Positions 1 through 11,006 of a DNA stretch of 64,000 nucleotides are shown one piece after another. The stretch is from NCBI GenBank assembly GCA_963762565.1, contig CAVXLD010000005.1, positions 256,001-320,000 on the forward strand, in the 5' to 3' direction. The position numbers and the translations under genes are program-made. The stretch comes from an uncultured Verrucomicrobiae bacterium (lineage in GTDB: Bacteria; Verrucomicrobiota; Verrucomicrobiia; Chthoniobacterales; JAFAMB01). The notes beneath the pieces are model-generated. The model saw only the letters and a list, made by a program, of their open reading frames with translations, was not told where the DNA came from and did not search any database. Positions within the stretch are counted from its first letter, which is position 1. Each line of letters starts with the position of its first letter.

Positions 1-1
1 C

Positions 2-823
2 TCTCTCAGCGCGGCATACGGTTGGTTCACGGAAGGTAGGTCGACACCGGATTTGGCCGATGCGGCGGCCCTCTACGAAAGCTTGGTCGATGAACGGAAT
101 CGGGCGGAGTTCGCGGCCGGTCTCAAGTATGTGCGCGAGTGTATACCGCCTCCCATGCATGGCGCCCTTTCAGTGGATTGGCGTTATGTCCCGGCGTCTA
201 CCCTTGGGGGCGATATCATCGGGTACCATTGGCTGGATCGGGATCATTTAGCGTTTTATCTGATCGATGTTACCGGCCATGGCTTAGATTCAGCACTTCT
301 CTCCGTCACTTTAACCAACATTATCCGGACCGGAGCACTCTCTGGAGTCGATATGAAGCGGCCTGATCAAGTGCTGGCGCAGTTGAACGAGACGTTTCGC
401 GGCCAGCAACACGGAAATAAGTATTTCACCATTTGGTATGGGGTGTACCAATCGACAACCCGTACCCTGACTTGGTCTGGGGGCGGACATCATCCCTCCG
501 TGCTGCTTCTTCCGGGGGAGCCCGACCCCACAGTGCTCTCTTCTGATGGGCCGATGATCGGCGTGATCACCCAAGCGGAATTTCCCGCCCAATCCTGTCA
601 GATTCCCGCGGATGCGCGGTTGCTTATCTTCAGTGACGGCGTGTTCGAAATCTTTCAGGACAAACGTCAGATGTGGAATCTCACGGATTGCATAGCCCAT
701 CTCGGCGTCCTTGCTAAACAAGGAGGCAATCTGATGGACGCCCTCCTGAATCATGTGCTGCGGCTTCGCGGATCGCCTCATCTGAATGATGATTTCTCGA
801 TTATCGAAGCGAGATTTCGTTAA
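2..823 (+). CDS. PP2C/SpoIIE (RsbU-like) phosphatase domain, C-terminal part of a larger protein that runs off the window start
   Basis: GGD, DVTGHG, FSDG and DDFS metal-binding motifs. The frame is open from base 2 (SLSAAYGWFTEGRSTPDLADAAAL). Confidence 0.9.
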   Translation, partial: SLSAAYGWFTEGRSTPDLADAAALYESLVDERNRAEFAAGLKYVRECIPPPMHGALSVDWRYVPASTLGGDIIGYHWLDRDHLAFYLIDVTGHGLDSALLSVTLTNIIRTGALSGVDMKRPDQVLAQLNETFRGQQHGNKYFTIWYGVYQSTTRTLTWSGGGHHPSVLLLPGEPDPTVLSSDGPMIGVITQAEFPAQSCQIPADARLLIFSDGVFEIFQDKRQMWNLTDCIAHLGVLAKQGGNLMDALLNHVLRLRGSPHLNDDFSIIEARFR

Positions 824-826
824 CAA

Positions 827-886
827 GGGAGGGCGCGCTGCCTGTCGGCCATAGCTTTAGCGACGGAGGATCCCCGCGCGCCGCGA
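827..886. repeat. REP-like unit GGGAGGGCGCGC..CCCCGCGCGCCG with a second 30-nt repeat (841-870) inserted in its loop
   Basis: Matches the units near 22780, 28493 and 43803. The inserted unit matches 18539-18568 (reverse complement) at 24/30. Confidence 0.7.
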
Positions 887-1070
887 GGATGTGCTACTAC
901 CCAATCGCGTATTTTCGTCCCGATCGCGACACGTCATCGCCTCGTCGCTACCGAACAACTCTTTTGGGAATCGACCGGAGGTCAACCCTGGATAAAGCTG
1001 CTTGTCCAATTAACCCAACAAATCCATGGCGGAAGACAGAACACGAACAGACATTTGGCGAAGAGCGCAG

Positions 1071-1097
1071 AAGGGTCACATCTTAGACGTGACCCTT
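1071..1097. repeat. Minimal AAGGGTC...GACCCTT palindrome of the GGGGTC family
   Basis: aagggtcacatcttagacgtgaccctt; ends resemble the palindromes at 22584, 34254 and 37947. Confidence 0.65.
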
Positions 1098-1347
1098 ACT
1101 TACCAAGCATGCCGGCAACTTAACGATTGGGAAACCAGGAATCTTTAAAGACGCCATCGGTGCCCTTCATTTCGTATAATTCTTTACCGTGATTGTCGAC
1201 GAAGACGTTTCGTCCGGCGAGAACTGCGGTTGCCCGTTAAGACATGACCCCCATCGATCACTTCCTATGATGTGATCTTAGTTAGTAATGGTCGAGGCGA
1301 GCGCTTCTGGGTGGTCCGGTCCGGAAGCGCTATCTCATTCATGTAAA

Positions 1348-2628
1348 CTACCCGTCGCTCAGTTTCATCGTCGCTACCGTCACATGTGGCCAGAGCACAC
1401 CGTTGAAAATTAAAATCACAAGCTGCGAGTATTGAAGCTGCAGGTGTGTCGAATGTTCCCAGAACGGCTCGAGCTCCACGATCGCCCCGGACGGACGACC
1501 CGGGCCCTCATGTAGCGGTATCGGAGGCCCACCTGGGTTTCGCACCCATTCTATCCAGAAGGTTGCGCTGGCCGAATAGACAAAGGCATTGGGAATAGGC
1601 GCCGCTTGAAAGGCTGATGGCGCGGGTGACCCAGCCGGAGGGGGCGTTCGGGTAGCAACCCCTAAGAACGGGATGTTGCTCACTGTCTCGTACAGGCTGC
1701 CAATGCCTTCGGTAGGCTTGCCATCCGCCGACAAGGTATCTGTAGTGAGATGGATCTCGATATGCCCAAGGATATCCTGATCCTTGATCGCATGCCGGAG
1801 CACCGAGTTGGGATCATCGACGAAGTGCTGGAAGTGTTCTGGGAATGGCCCGCTGCTGAGAGAGGGCGGCACCAGCGTGTCCAGCGCGATATTGATCTCC
1901 GGCACGAAATGCGCGGCGCCGTCAACCGTAACTGGCTGGATCCCCATCCCCGGTGGGTTGGGCCCGGGAGGAACCGGAGGAGGTGCGGTGTAAGGCGGGA
2001 AGGACGCAGCAGTCACCCCAGGATACCCAGTGAAAGGCGTGAGTTTCGGAATGTCCGGCTTGCCGTCCTTGGGTTTGCTGTCGGGGCTCGGCCCCTGCAT
2101 CAGCACGGTGGTCCCATGCGGGATGCTCCCCATCCGCACGATGGACTTTTTGTTCACGATCGGGACGGGGGGGTCGCCGGTATTGGTTTGCTTGCTCGCA
2201 GGCACAAGCATGAACAGTCCCGGCTCGATATGCAGCGCCTGGCCGGCCGTTTGGGAATATCCGTGAGGATGCACGCTTGGCGACGGTGCCGGATCCGCGT
2301 CGCTCACCCGCTGCAGGTAATGCAAGCCGTAAAGGCCGAGATCTTTCTGCGGGTCCAATCCACGGTTCGGCACTACCCCTGGAATGACTTGGAAATGAAA
2401 GCTGTCATCCGTAAGGTTGAGCTCGAGGAAACGCTTGGTCGCATTTCCGACCGGGTCCGATTTCTGATTATGGGGCCGCCAGATTGCGTTGAAGCCTGGC
2501 CCTCGCCAGCTGCCCGCCAAGAATGCGAGCGGACCGAGCTGCAAAGCGGTTGTGATCGGCCCCTGCTGGAACCGAGGGGGCACTGACGGATCCAAATTCT
2601 CACGCGTACTGTCATTGATTGAGGGCAT
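1348..2628 (-). CDS. Putative heme-binding protein (FMP-type family), proline-rich
   Basis: LGPLAFLAGSWRGPGFNAIWRP N-terminus, HIEPGL and SIPHGTT internal motifs, and LQYSQxVxLxFNGxxWPHVTVAT C-terminus. Family recognised from memory. Confidence 0.65.
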   Translation of the reverse strand: MPSINDSTRENLDPSVPPRFQQGPITTALQLGPLAFLAGSWRGPGFNAIWRPHNQKSDPVGNATKRFLELNLTDDSFHFQVIPGVVPNRGLDPQKDLGLYGLHYLQRVSDADPAPSPSVHPHGYSQTAGQALHIEPGLFMLVPASKQTNTGDPPVPIVNKKSIVRMGSIPHGTTVLMQGPSPDSKPKDGKPDIPKLTPFTGYPGVTAASFPPYTAPPPVPPGPNPPGMGIQPVTVDGAAHFVPEINIALDTLVPPSLSSGPFPEHFQHFVDDPNSVLRHAIKDQDILGHIEIHLTTDTLSADGKPTEGIGSLYETVSNIPFLGVATRTPPPAGSPAPSAFQAAPIPNAFVYSASATFWIEWVRNPGGPPIPLHEGPGRPSGAIVELEPFWEHSTHLQLQYSQLVILIFNGVLWPHVTVATMKLSDG

Positions 2629-3022
2629 ACAAAACTCCTTATACGATCTTGGTTTCGATTTAGAGTGGATCAGCCGATTGGCGATTCTAACTCAGCTTTG
2701 AACATAGGTTGTTTGGAATCAGTGTCTGTACGCGTTAGGGCGTATGTTCGGAGGAACAGTGGAAGTCGGAGCATTCATTGGGCATGCCCAACATCAGTAT
2801 CAACACAATAAGAAAGGATGTATCGATGCCCCTGTTTTCTAGCGTTCTTCCGTTGCGTCCTTTGTGGGACGGATCGCTTTCTTTCTTACAATTCCAGGCA
2901 CTTCGTGCCAGCCTACCATCATTTCGTCCCTCCGGGACTCAGAGACGATACGGCTATCGAGTTTTTCGACAGGCTGCTAGGCGGGCAGGGATCAATTAAT
3001 CTAAGAGTCACATACGGAACTT

Positions 3023-3424
3023 ATGCTCGATCACATCATTTTGACGGTTAGCAACTTCACCGAAGCGGTCGCTTTTTATGAAGCGGTATTGCCGCACCTG
3101 ACAATCGCTGTTCGCCAAGATTACGATGGCAAGGATGGACCTCCGGGGCACCCTGATCTAAAAGGTTTTGGAGCGAATGGCCGGCTATTCTTTTGGTTGC
3201 GGGAAGGCACACCCCATTCCGATGCAGTTCATGTCGGCTTCGTTGCGGATTCGGAAAAGGCGGTCCAGGCCGCTTATAGCGCAGCCCTGGCCGCAGGAGC
3301 AACCAGTACGCACGTTCCTGGTCCGCAACTACATTACGATCCTCGATACTACGCAGCTCAGGTCGTTGACCTGGATGGTTACACCCTTGAGTTCGTCTAC
3401 AAAAGCTGGCAGCGCGTAGGGTGA
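3023..3424 (+). CDS. VOC/glyoxalase family protein
   Basis: MLDHIILTVSN, HVGF and YYAAQVVDLDGYTLEFV motifs. Confidence 0.9.
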   Translation: MLDHIILTVSNFTEAVAFYEAVLPHLTIAVRQDYDGKDGPPGHPDLKGFGANGRLFFWLREGTPHSDAVHVGFVADSEKAVQAAYSAALAAGATSTHVPGPQLHYDPRYYAAQVVDLDGYTLEFVYKSWQRVG

Positions 3425-3429
3425 GAGGT

Positions 3430-3487
3430 GAGCACTGAGCAGTCAGCAGTCAGCAGTCAGCAGTGAGCTGTAAGCAGTAAGCAGTGA
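3430..3487. repeat. Heptamer short tandem repeat (CAGCAGT/TAAGCAG)
   Basis: Read directly from the sequence. Confidence 0.8.
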
Positions 3488-3723
3488 GAAGGTGCGGGGA
3501 TCGGGCTAGTTAGTCTGGGGGATCCCTTTGCTATCTGCTATTTTCTGTTTGCTATTCCGGGGCGAGCGCCGGCCGCGCCCAGAAAAACCTTCGTTTGCTT
3601 CGTTAGCTTCCGTAACGTTCGTTTTCTTTTTGTCTTTGTGGCCTTTGTATCCTTCTGTGAGATTCTGTTCCTCCCGGGGGAAGCTTAACTCCAAACGAGA
3701 CCCAACAACACCGTCGCAGTTTT

Positions 3724-5082
3724 ATGATCACATCTATCAAACACGCCCTTTCGGCCAGCGCCGAGCAGAACATTGAGATCGCGGGTTGGATCCGATCCCG
3801 GCGAGATTCCAAAGCCTTTTCGTTCCTTGAAGTTAACGACGGTTCCTGCCTGAGCAATCTGCAGGTGATCGTCGACCAGGAGGTGCCGGGTTATGAGCAG
3901 GTGCTCCACGCCACCACCGGTAGCTCGGTGCGGGTGGCGGGCCGGCTAACTGCGTCTCCCGCCGCCGGCCAAAAATGGGAGCTTCGCGCCACCCAGGTAG
4001 AAATCATCGGAGTGGCCGACGCGAGCTATCCCCTGCAAAAGAAAGGGCACACCGTCGAGTTCCTTCGCACCATCGCGCACTTACGTCCGCGATCCAATCT
4101 GTTCGGCGCGGTTTTCCGGGTTCGGAGTCGTCTGGCGTATGCGGTGCATCGATTCTTTCAGGAGCGAGATTTTGTGTATGTCCAGACGCCAATCATTACA
4201 GCCAGTGATTGCGAAGGCGCGGGCGAATTGTTTCGCGTCACCACACTGAAACAGGGCAAGGACAAGGCTGACGAACCCGACTTTTTCGGTAAGTCCACGT
4301 ACCTGACGGTCAGCGGGCAACTGGAAGCCGAAACGTTCGCCTGCGCATTGTCAAAAGTATACACCTTCGGGCCTACTTTCCGGGCTGAGAACTCGAATAC
4401 CTCTCGGCATGCGGCGGAGTTTTGGATGATCGAACCGGAGATGGCCTTCTGCGATCTACGGGGGGATATGGACCTCGCCGAGGAGTTCGTAAAAGCAATG
4501 GTGCGACACGCTCTGGAGCACTGCCCGGATGAGCTGGGCCTGTTTACCAAGTTTGTGGACAAGGAACTGGTGGCGCGGCTCACTCTCGTGGCTGAACAAC
4601 CGTTCCAGCGACTCTCTTACGCCGACGCGATCTCGATTCTTAACGTCTCCGGGCGGACCTTTGAGTATCCGGTCACGGATGGTATGAGCCTGCAGTCGGA
4701 ACACGAAAGGTTTCTGGCCGAAGAGCATTTCCGGGTGCCCGTGATCGTCCATGATTATCCGCGGCAGGCTAAACCGTTCTATATGCGCGTAAACGATGAT
4801 GGCAAAACGGTAGCCGCGATGGATGTGCTGGTGGCGAGCATCGGCGAAATTATCGGCGGTTCTCAGCGCGAGGAGCGTCTGAGTGTGTTGCAGGAAAACA
4901 TGCGCTCTCACGGCCTGTCCGAAGAAGAGTATTGGTGGTACCTGGATCTACGTCGTTTTGGCACCGTCCCGCATGCTGGTTTCGGTCTTGGTTTCGAACG
5001 GCTCCTGATGTTCCTAACGGGGGTATCCAACATCAGGGATGTGATTCCGTTTTCGCGTACGCCTGGGAACGCTGAATTTTAG
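3724..5082 (+). CDS. asnS: Asparagine--tRNA ligase
   Basis: OB-fold [28 protein letters not shown] (motif 2) and [12 protein letters not shown] (motif 3). Confidence 0.97.
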   Translation: MITSIKHALSASAEQNIEIAGWIRSRRDSKAFSFLEVNDGSCLSNLQVIVDQEVPGYEQVLHATTGSSVRVAGRLTASPAAGQKWELRATQVEIIGVADASYPLQKKGHTVEFLRTIAHLRPRSNLFGAVFRVRSRLAYAVHRFFQERDFVYVQTPIITASDCEGAGELFRVTTLKQGKDKADEPDFFGKSTYLTVSGQLEAETFACALSKVYTFGPTFRAENSNTSRHAAEFWMIEPEMAFCDLRGDMDLAEEFVKAMVRHALEHCPDELGLFTKFVDKELVARLTLVAEQPFQRLSYADAISILNVSGRTFEYPVTDGMSLQSEHERFLAEEHFRVPVIVHDYPRQAKPFYMRVNDDGKTVAAMDVLVASIGEIIGGSQREERLSVLQENMRSHGLSEEEYWWYLDLRRFGTVPHAGFGLGFERLLMFLTGVSNIRDVIPFSRTPGNAEF

Positions 5083-5173
5083 TGTCCTGTCCCGCAAATA
5101 AGTAAGAAAAATCTCACGCAAAGGGCGAAGCACATGAGGTAAGACCCGCAACAGGCGGCTGAAGGAGCTGATT

Positions 5174-6637
5174 ATGGCGCTCAGTACCCGAAGACAGTTC
5201 GTCCGGCAAACGGCAGTCGCTGCTGCGACCCTTTGCGGATGCCCGGCTGCTGCTTTTGCCGGATTGCCGCGAACGGCTGAGGAAACCGGTCAGGATCCGG
5301 CCCCAGTCGAGCCGGCCGCGATAAGAAAGCTTGTTTCCCAGGTTCACGGAGACGTCATTATACCGGAGTCGCCTGACTATGACTCCTCACGTCTGGTTTT
5401 CAATCGCGCATTCGATCGGCATCCGGCGCTGATCGTGCGCTGCGCTGACTCGAACGATATCGCGCGGGCACTCGAATTTGCTCAGAAGAAAAATCTGCCA
5501 TTGGCAGTGCGCGGCGGAGGCCATAACCGAGCTGGATTCAGCGTCTGCGATGACGGCGTGGTGATCGATCTCTCCGGGATGAACCGGGTTGAAGTTGACG
5601 CAGACAACCGCGTGGCTCGGGCACAGGCAGGCGCGCTGGTGCGAGACCTGGATCGTGCGACGCAGCGAGTTGGATTGGCCACGACGTCGGGTGGTTGTCC
5701 CACCGTAGGAATCGCCGGCTTAACGCTCGGCGGTGGAGAGGGCCTCCTGATGTCGAAGTACGGCGCCGCCTGCGACAACTTGTTATCGGCCCACCTTGTG
5801 ATGGTGGACGGAAGCCAAGTCGAAGCCAGCCAAAACTCGAATGCCGATCTTTTCTGGGCGATTCGCGGCGGTGGCGGAAACTTCGGAGTGGTGACCGCGC
5901 TCGAGTACCAGCTCCACCCGGTGACCGACTTTCTAGCGGGAACTCTTACTTACCCTCCCGGGCGAAGTCCGGAGCTCCTAAAAGCCTTCCTCAAGTTCGT
6001 CGCCACTGCGCCGGATGAGATGAATGTTGTCGGTGGGGTGTTACCATCCGAAGAGGGGAGCCGGTTCTGGATCCTGGTTGGATATTGCGGTGATCCAAGC
6101 AAAGGCAATGAATTGCTTGCGCCGCTGCGGGCTCTCAAACCGATAGAAGACAAAATCAGGGCTCTATCCTATCTGGAAGCTCAGGCCGGAGCGGGATTTC
6201 TTTCAGCGCCCGTCGCCCATTTTCAAACGGACCTGTTCCTTCCGGAACTCACGGACGCAGCAATTGCAGCGATCACACAGGCAACCAAGGATGCACCACC
6301 AAAAGCCAAAGTATTGATAGTGCCGTTTTACGGCGCTATTACGCGCGTCGCTGTCGATGATACGGCGTTCGCTTTGCGGCGACCGGGTTACGAGGTTGAC
6401 ATCGTAGGACTCTGGAGCGGGCCGGCCGAGAAAACGAGGGCGATAGAATGGGTCAAGTCCCTGCGCAATCAATTGCAACCTTTTGCCCAAGGGGTGTACG
6501 CCAACCAGCTCGGCGAAACGAGCGACGAGCTTGTCCGGGCGGCATACGGTCAAAACTACGCTCGACTGGTAGAAATTAAGAAGAAGTACGACCCCACGAA
6601 CGTCCTGCGGCTCAATCAGAATATCAAACCGGACTAA
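5174..6637 (+). CDS. FAD-binding oxidoreductase (berberine bridge/VAO family) with Tat signal
   Basis: STRRQFV twin-arginine motif, RGGGH, RGGGGNFGVV and the C-terminal KKKYDP BBE motif. Confidence 0.92.
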   Translation: MALSTRRQFVRQTAVAAATLCGCPAAAFAGLPRTAEETGQDPAPVEPAAIRKLVSQVHGDVIIPESPDYDSSRLVFNRAFDRHPALIVRCADSNDIARALEFAQKKNLPLAVRGGGHNRAGFSVCDDGVVIDLSGMNRVEVDADNRVARAQAGALVRDLDRATQRVGLATTSGGCPTVGIAGLTLGGGEGLLMSKYGAACDNLLSAHLVMVDGSQVEASQNSNADLFWAIRGGGGNFGVVTALEYQLHPVTDFLAGTLTYPPGRSPELLKAFLKFVATAPDEMNVVGGVLPSEEGSRFWILVGYCGDPSKGNELLAPLRALKPIEDKIRALSYLEAQAGAGFLSAPVAHFQTDLFLPELTDAAIAAITQATKDAPPKAKVLIVPFYGAITRVAVDDTAFALRRPGYEVDIVGLWSGPAEKTRAIEWVKSLRNQLQPFAQGVYANQLGETSDELVRAAYGQNYARLVEIKKKYDPTNVLRLNQNIKPD

Positions 6638-6854
6638 TTTGCGCCAGAAAACCCCTCGAACAAGGCCGGAAGAAAAATGTCACGCAAAGACGCAAACGTA
6701 AAACCGGAAAAACACGGAGTTCACAGAAGATCACGAAGGTCACAAAGAGGTCTTGAATTCTGCCTTTGTGATCTTTGTGGCCTTCTGTGGATGATTTGTT
6801 TTTTTGCGCTCGTCGGCCACTATTCCAGTTCCGTAGCCCAGCGCCGACGTTTTC

Positions 6855-8690
6855 TCATCCAACCTTTTTTGCGCCGGATGGTTTTGCTGCCTCCTTCGCC
6901 CAGGAGTCCTTGAGTGTGACCGTCCGGTTGAAGACCAGGTGTTCAGACGTGCTGTCCTTGTCCAGGGCGAAGTATCCGATCCGCTCAAACTGATACCTGG
7001 TCTCGCTTCGCGCCTCCCGCAAGCTTGGTTCGCATTTAGCTGCAACGACTTCGAGTGAGGCGGGATTCAAATTGCGCTCGAAGTCGGTTCCGGTCTCGGG
7101 CTCGGCTTCCAGAAAGAGGCGATCGTAGAGACGCACTTCAGCATCGATCGAGTCTGCGGCGCTAACCCAGTGGATCGTCCCCTTGATTTTACGATTCGCG
7201 TTCGCGCCGCCGCTCTTGCTGTCCAAGTCCGCTGTGCAGCGGAGTTCTAAAATGTTGCCAGCTGCATCCTTGATGACCTCTTCGCATTTGATGATGTACG
7301 CATACTTGAGACGTACCTCACCGCCGGGCCGTAGCCGGAAATACTTCGGCGGCGGATCTTCCATGAAATCGCTGCTTTCAATGTAAAGCTCGCGCCTGAA
7401 CGGAACTCCACGCGTACCAGAGTTCGGATCTTCCGGGTTGTTGACCGCATTGAGCGTTTCGCTTTGACCTTCCGGATAATTCGTCAGGATCACCTTGATT
7501 GGGCGCAAGACTGCTAGACGCCGAAGCGCCGTCTTATTCAACTCGTCGCGGATGGCGTGCTCGAGGACTGCGACGTCGGTGAGGCCGTCATATTTAGTGA
7601 TACCGATGTTGTAGGCGAAGGCGCGCAGAGCACTGGCTGTAACCCCGCGGCGGCGGAGTCCTGAGATGGTAGGCATCCGCGGATCGTCCCATCCGGCGAC
7701 GAGCCCCTTTTCAACCAGCTGTATGAGCTTGCGCTTGCTTAGCACGGTATAGGTGAGATTCAGGCGCGCGAACTCGTATTGATGCGGTAGCTTCCGCGGT
7801 AAATCGAGGCTCTCCAGAACCCAATCGTAAAGAGGACGGTGCACTTCAAATTCCAACGTGCAAACGGAATGGGTCACACCTTCGATATAATCGCTCAAGC
7901 AGTGTGCGAAATCATACATCGGGTAGATACACCAGTGGTTGCCAGTGCGGTGATGCGCAGCATGCCGAATCCGGTAGAGCACCGGGTCTCGCATCCAAAC
8001 ATTCGGCGACTGCATGTCGATCTTTGCCCGAAGCGTGGAATGACCGTCGGGAAACTCGCCCGCGCGCATCCGCTGGAAGAGGCTAAAATTCTCATCCGGC
8101 GAGCGTCCACGAAATGGACTCTCCTTTCCGCTTACCCGGTAGCTGTCAGTGTCCGAGGGTGAGAGCTCATCCACGTACGCCTTGCCCTTGGCGATGAGCT
8201 GAACTGCGTATTCAAAAAATTGCTCGAAATAGTCCGAGGCGTAGAATGGCTCCCCGTTGGCCTCGGGTTGCGCTTGGCCGATAGCCGAATTTGCAGCAGC
8301 CTTTTCTAAAACGATCGGCCGCAAAGAAAAGTCGGGTCTGCCGTTGACCTCCTGAACGTCGCTAGTTTTGCCCTTTGATTTCAGCCCGAGAACCTGGTCT
8401 GCCCAGGAGGCGATCAGCCAATTTACGTCCTCCACAATCGACTCGACATACTCGGTTTCCTCTTTGGTCGGGTTCGTGTCGTCCATGCGGAGGTTACATA
8501 CCCCTCCGAATTCACGGGCGATCCCGAAATTAAGGCAGATCGATTTGGCGTGGCCGATATGGAGATAACCGTTTGGCTCTGGTGGAAATCGGGTGTGGCT
8601 AAATGGATATTTACCGGCCTTCAAGTCGTCCGTGACGATATCGCGAATAAAATCTGAAGGTGCGGTTTGTTCTCCGGTCTCTGTGCTCAT
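6855..8690 (-). CDS. glnS: Glutamine--tRNA ligase
   Basis: [22 protein letters not shown] (KMSKS equivalent), GTIHWVS and QFERIGYF motifs. Confidence 0.97.
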   Translation of the reverse strand: MSTETGEQTAPSDFIRDIVTDDLKAGKYPFSHTRFPPEPNGYLHIGHAKSICLNFGIAREFGGVCNLRMDDTNPTKEETEYVESIVEDVNWLIASWADQVLGLKSKGKTSDVQEVNGRPDFSLRPIVLEKAAANSAIGQAQPEANGEPFYASDYFEQFFEYAVQLIAKGKAYVDELSPSDTDSYRVSGKESPFRGRSPDENFSLFQRMRAGEFPDGHSTLRAKIDMQSPNVWMRDPVLYRIRHAAHHRTGNHWCIYPMYDFAHCLSDYIEGVTHSVCTLEFEVHRPLYDWVLESLDLPRKLPHQYEFARLNLTYTVLSKRKLIQLVEKGLVAGWDDPRMPTISGLRRRGVTASALRAFAYNIGITKYDGLTDVAVLEHAIRDELNKTALRRLAVLRPIKVILTNYPEGQSETLNAVNNPEDPNSGTRGVPFRRELYIESSDFMEDPPPKYFRLRPGGEVRLKYAYIIKCEEVIKDAAGNILELRCTADLDSKSGGANANRKIKGTIHWVSAADSIDAEVRLYDRLFLEAEPETGTDFERNLNPASLEVVAAKCEPSLREARSETRYQFERIGYFALDKDSTSEHLVFNRTVTLKDSWAKEAAKPSGAKKVG

Positions 8691-8885
8691 GAAAAGATTA
8701 GCAACTTAATCGCGCGCGGCGAACTGTTCAAACGTTGGGCGTTTTCTCATTTTTGCCGCCAACCGGCGGCAAGGGGGAATAAGAGTCAGGTCTAAGCCCT
8801 CAACACAAGCTGAAATGATGTGTTGAGTGTTTGGACGTGGCCCCGTACTTTGGCCCCCAGATTCAAAACCCAACGACACGAGCCA

Positions 8886-10445
8886 ATGACCCGAGTCTTG
8901 ATTTCACTTAGTGTTTGCATGAACCGTCCCACGGCAGTCAGCCTTCGCCTGAGCTGTCTTCTCATTTGCTCTCTGCTTTTCGGATGCGCTCAGACAACCG
9001 CGGTCAGGATTTTTTATCTGCCGAATGCGGTAATTCATCCTCAATTCGACAAGCAGTATACCATCTGGAACGGAGAGCGAGTAGAAGTCAATTGGACGCC
9101 TTCCCTGCGGGCGGAATCGTCCAAATATTTATCCGGGTACGATCGTGTCCTGTTGGCAAACCGAATTCATCAGTTCGGTTTTCGTCACGAGTATAAAATC
9201 GCCGGGAAAGGTACCCCCCTGGTTGTCCGCACCAAAAACCCCAGGCAGACCCCGGAAGAGCTACACTATCCGACAAGCGGCATTACCCTTGGAATAACTG
9301 CCGTCAAAGAGGCGCGTCCCGGGCAAGTACCCTTGCTCAAAATCTATGATTCGTTTGACCCGGTCGTGGTGCGATCCGCCGATGGTCCGGATCCGATAGC
9401 AGCGAACTACACGGCCACTTTGGCGGTATTGTTTTCGCACGCCGGGAGAGTAGCCCAAAGCTCCTTCGAATCGTTTATCAGACCCGATGATCCCCATTTC
9501 GCAACCGGCGTGTACATGATCCATCCTTACGATCCAAATAAAATTCCGATCCTCTTTGTTCATGGCCTGCTTGGTACTCCGCTCTCGTGGCAAAACCTGA
9601 CCAACGACCTTTGCTCAGACCCCAAAATTCTCGAGCATTATCAACCCTGGTTTTTTCTTTATCCAACCGGCCAGCCCATGCTGGAAAGCGCGGCCCAACT
9701 TAGAGAGGACCTAGTTGCGACCCAGCGCTTATTCGATCCAAGCGGCAATGCGATTGCCTCGCATCACGTCGTCGTTGTTGCTCATAGCATGGGAGGTTTA
9801 TTGGCCCATACTTTGGTTTCGGACTCAGGCGAGGCTCTTTGGAACGCCTTCGCGACCAAGCCGCTGAACAGTTTGAAACTCCCTCCGGACGTAAAAGCTT
9901 CAATCCTGAAATATTTCTACTTTCGGCATCAGCCTTCTATCGATCGCGTTATCTTTCTTTCGGTCCCACATCGAGGCAGCGTATTGGCCGGTGGTCTCGT
10001 TGGCACCATTGGCAACCGAATCATCCAGCCTTCCAAAACTCCGACCCGCGTTCTGAAAGACCTGGCCGCACAATACCCGGGTCTTGTGACTCCCTACTAT
10101 GCTCGAGCTACCGCAAGCGGCGGCCCAACCAGTCTGGTTTCAATTACGCCCAACCCCTTATTGGACAGTCTCGCTAGTCTGCCGATTAAAGTTCCCTTTC
10201 ATAGCATCATTGGACATATCGGACCGATAACGGAACTTGGCAGCACCGATGGACTGGTCGACTATCATAGCTCGCATTTGGAAGGGGCCGAATCAGAGAA
10301 GTTAGTTCCATCCGGTCACTACCTGATGGACCATCCACAAACCGTTGCCGAAATTAAACGGATTTTGGAGGAGAATATCACGCGCGGAAGACGACCCTTT
10401 AAACCGCCGGTCACGCTTGCGTCCCAGACCGACTCGGTGCATTAG
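8886..10445 (+). CDS. Alpha/beta hydrolase, probable lipoprotein (start may be 8919)
   Basis: LFVHGL oxyanion loop, AHSMGG nucleophile elbow, PHRGS, DGLV and the LLFGC lipobox. Confidence 0.85.
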   Translation: MTRVLISLSVCMNRPTAVSLRLSCLLICSLLFGCAQTTAVRIFYLPNAVIHPQFDKQYTIWNGERVEVNWTPSLRAESSKYLSGYDRVLLANRIHQFGFRHEYKIAGKGTPLVVRTKNPRQTPEELHYPTSGITLGITAVKEARPGQVPLLKIYDSFDPVVVRSADGPDPIAANYTATLAVLFSHAGRVAQSSFESFIRPDDPHFATGVYMIHPYDPNKIPILFVHGLLGTPLSWQNLTNDLCSDPKILEHYQPWFFLYPTGQPMLESAAQLREDLVATQRLFDPSGNAIASHHVVVVAHSMGGLLAHTLVSDSGEALWNAFATKPLNSLKLPPDVKASILKYFYFRHQPSIDRVIFLSVPHRGSVLAGGLVGTIGNRIIQPSKTPTRVLKDLAAQYPGLVTPYYARATASGGPTSLVSITPNPLLDSLASLPIKVPFHSIIGHIGPITELGSTDGLVDYHSSHLEGAESEKLVPSGHYLMDHPQTVAEIKRILEENITRGRRPFKPPVTLASQTDSVH

Positions 10446-10457
10446 ATTGGTAGTTCC

Positions 10458-11006
10458 GTGAAAAAGGCGCTCTTTTCCGTCCTATTGCTGGCGGGGGCCT
10501 TAACTCAGGTAGCAGCGGCTTCCGAAACGTACGAGATCAATCCGGAAAATTCTTCCGTGCTATTCAAGATTCGCCTTCTGTGGACCACCAACATCCAAGG
10601 CTGTTTCTGCGGAGGCGTTTCTGGAACGGTCTCACTTGATCCCGACGCTCCCCAAAAATCGACCGTTAAACTCGAAATCAAAACTGACACGTTAGACACC
10701 GGACTCACGCAGCTCAATAGCGAGATTAAGGGAGCGGGGTTTCTGGACGTGGAAAAATTTCCGCTGATCACTTTCAAGAACACGTCGGCCCAAAAGGTTA
10801 ACGACCAGCAGTACGACTTGACTGGAGACTTAACCTTCCATGGGGTCACAAAACAGCTGACGCTTCGGTCCAACCTCATTGGCCAAAGTAAAAATTCGAA
10901 AGGCTCCGACATTTATCTTGTCATCAAGCGGAGCGAGTTCGGCATCAAGGGCGACACACCAGCGGTCGGAGACGAGATTTTCTTGACCATACGCGTTCGC
11001 AATTAA
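10458..11006 (+). CDS. YceI family protein
   Basis: Signal peptide, FLDVEKFPLITF, GDLTFHGVTK and RSEFGI. Confidence 0.9.
   Translation: MKKALFSVLLLAGALTQVAAASETYEINPENSSVLFKIRLLWTTNIQGCFCGGVSGTVSLDPDAPQKSTVKLEIKTDTLDTGLTQLNSEIKGAGFLDVEKFPLITFKNTSAQKVNDQQYDLTGDLTFHGVTKQLTLRSNLIGQSKNSKGSDIYLVIKRSEFGIKGDTPAVGDEIFLTIRVRN

Noticed and set aside
1750..2586. 278-aa plus-strand ORF and similar antisense ORFs (e.g. 53992-54894, 20294-20935)
   Set aside because: Shadow ORFs opposite well-supported genes, with no motifs.
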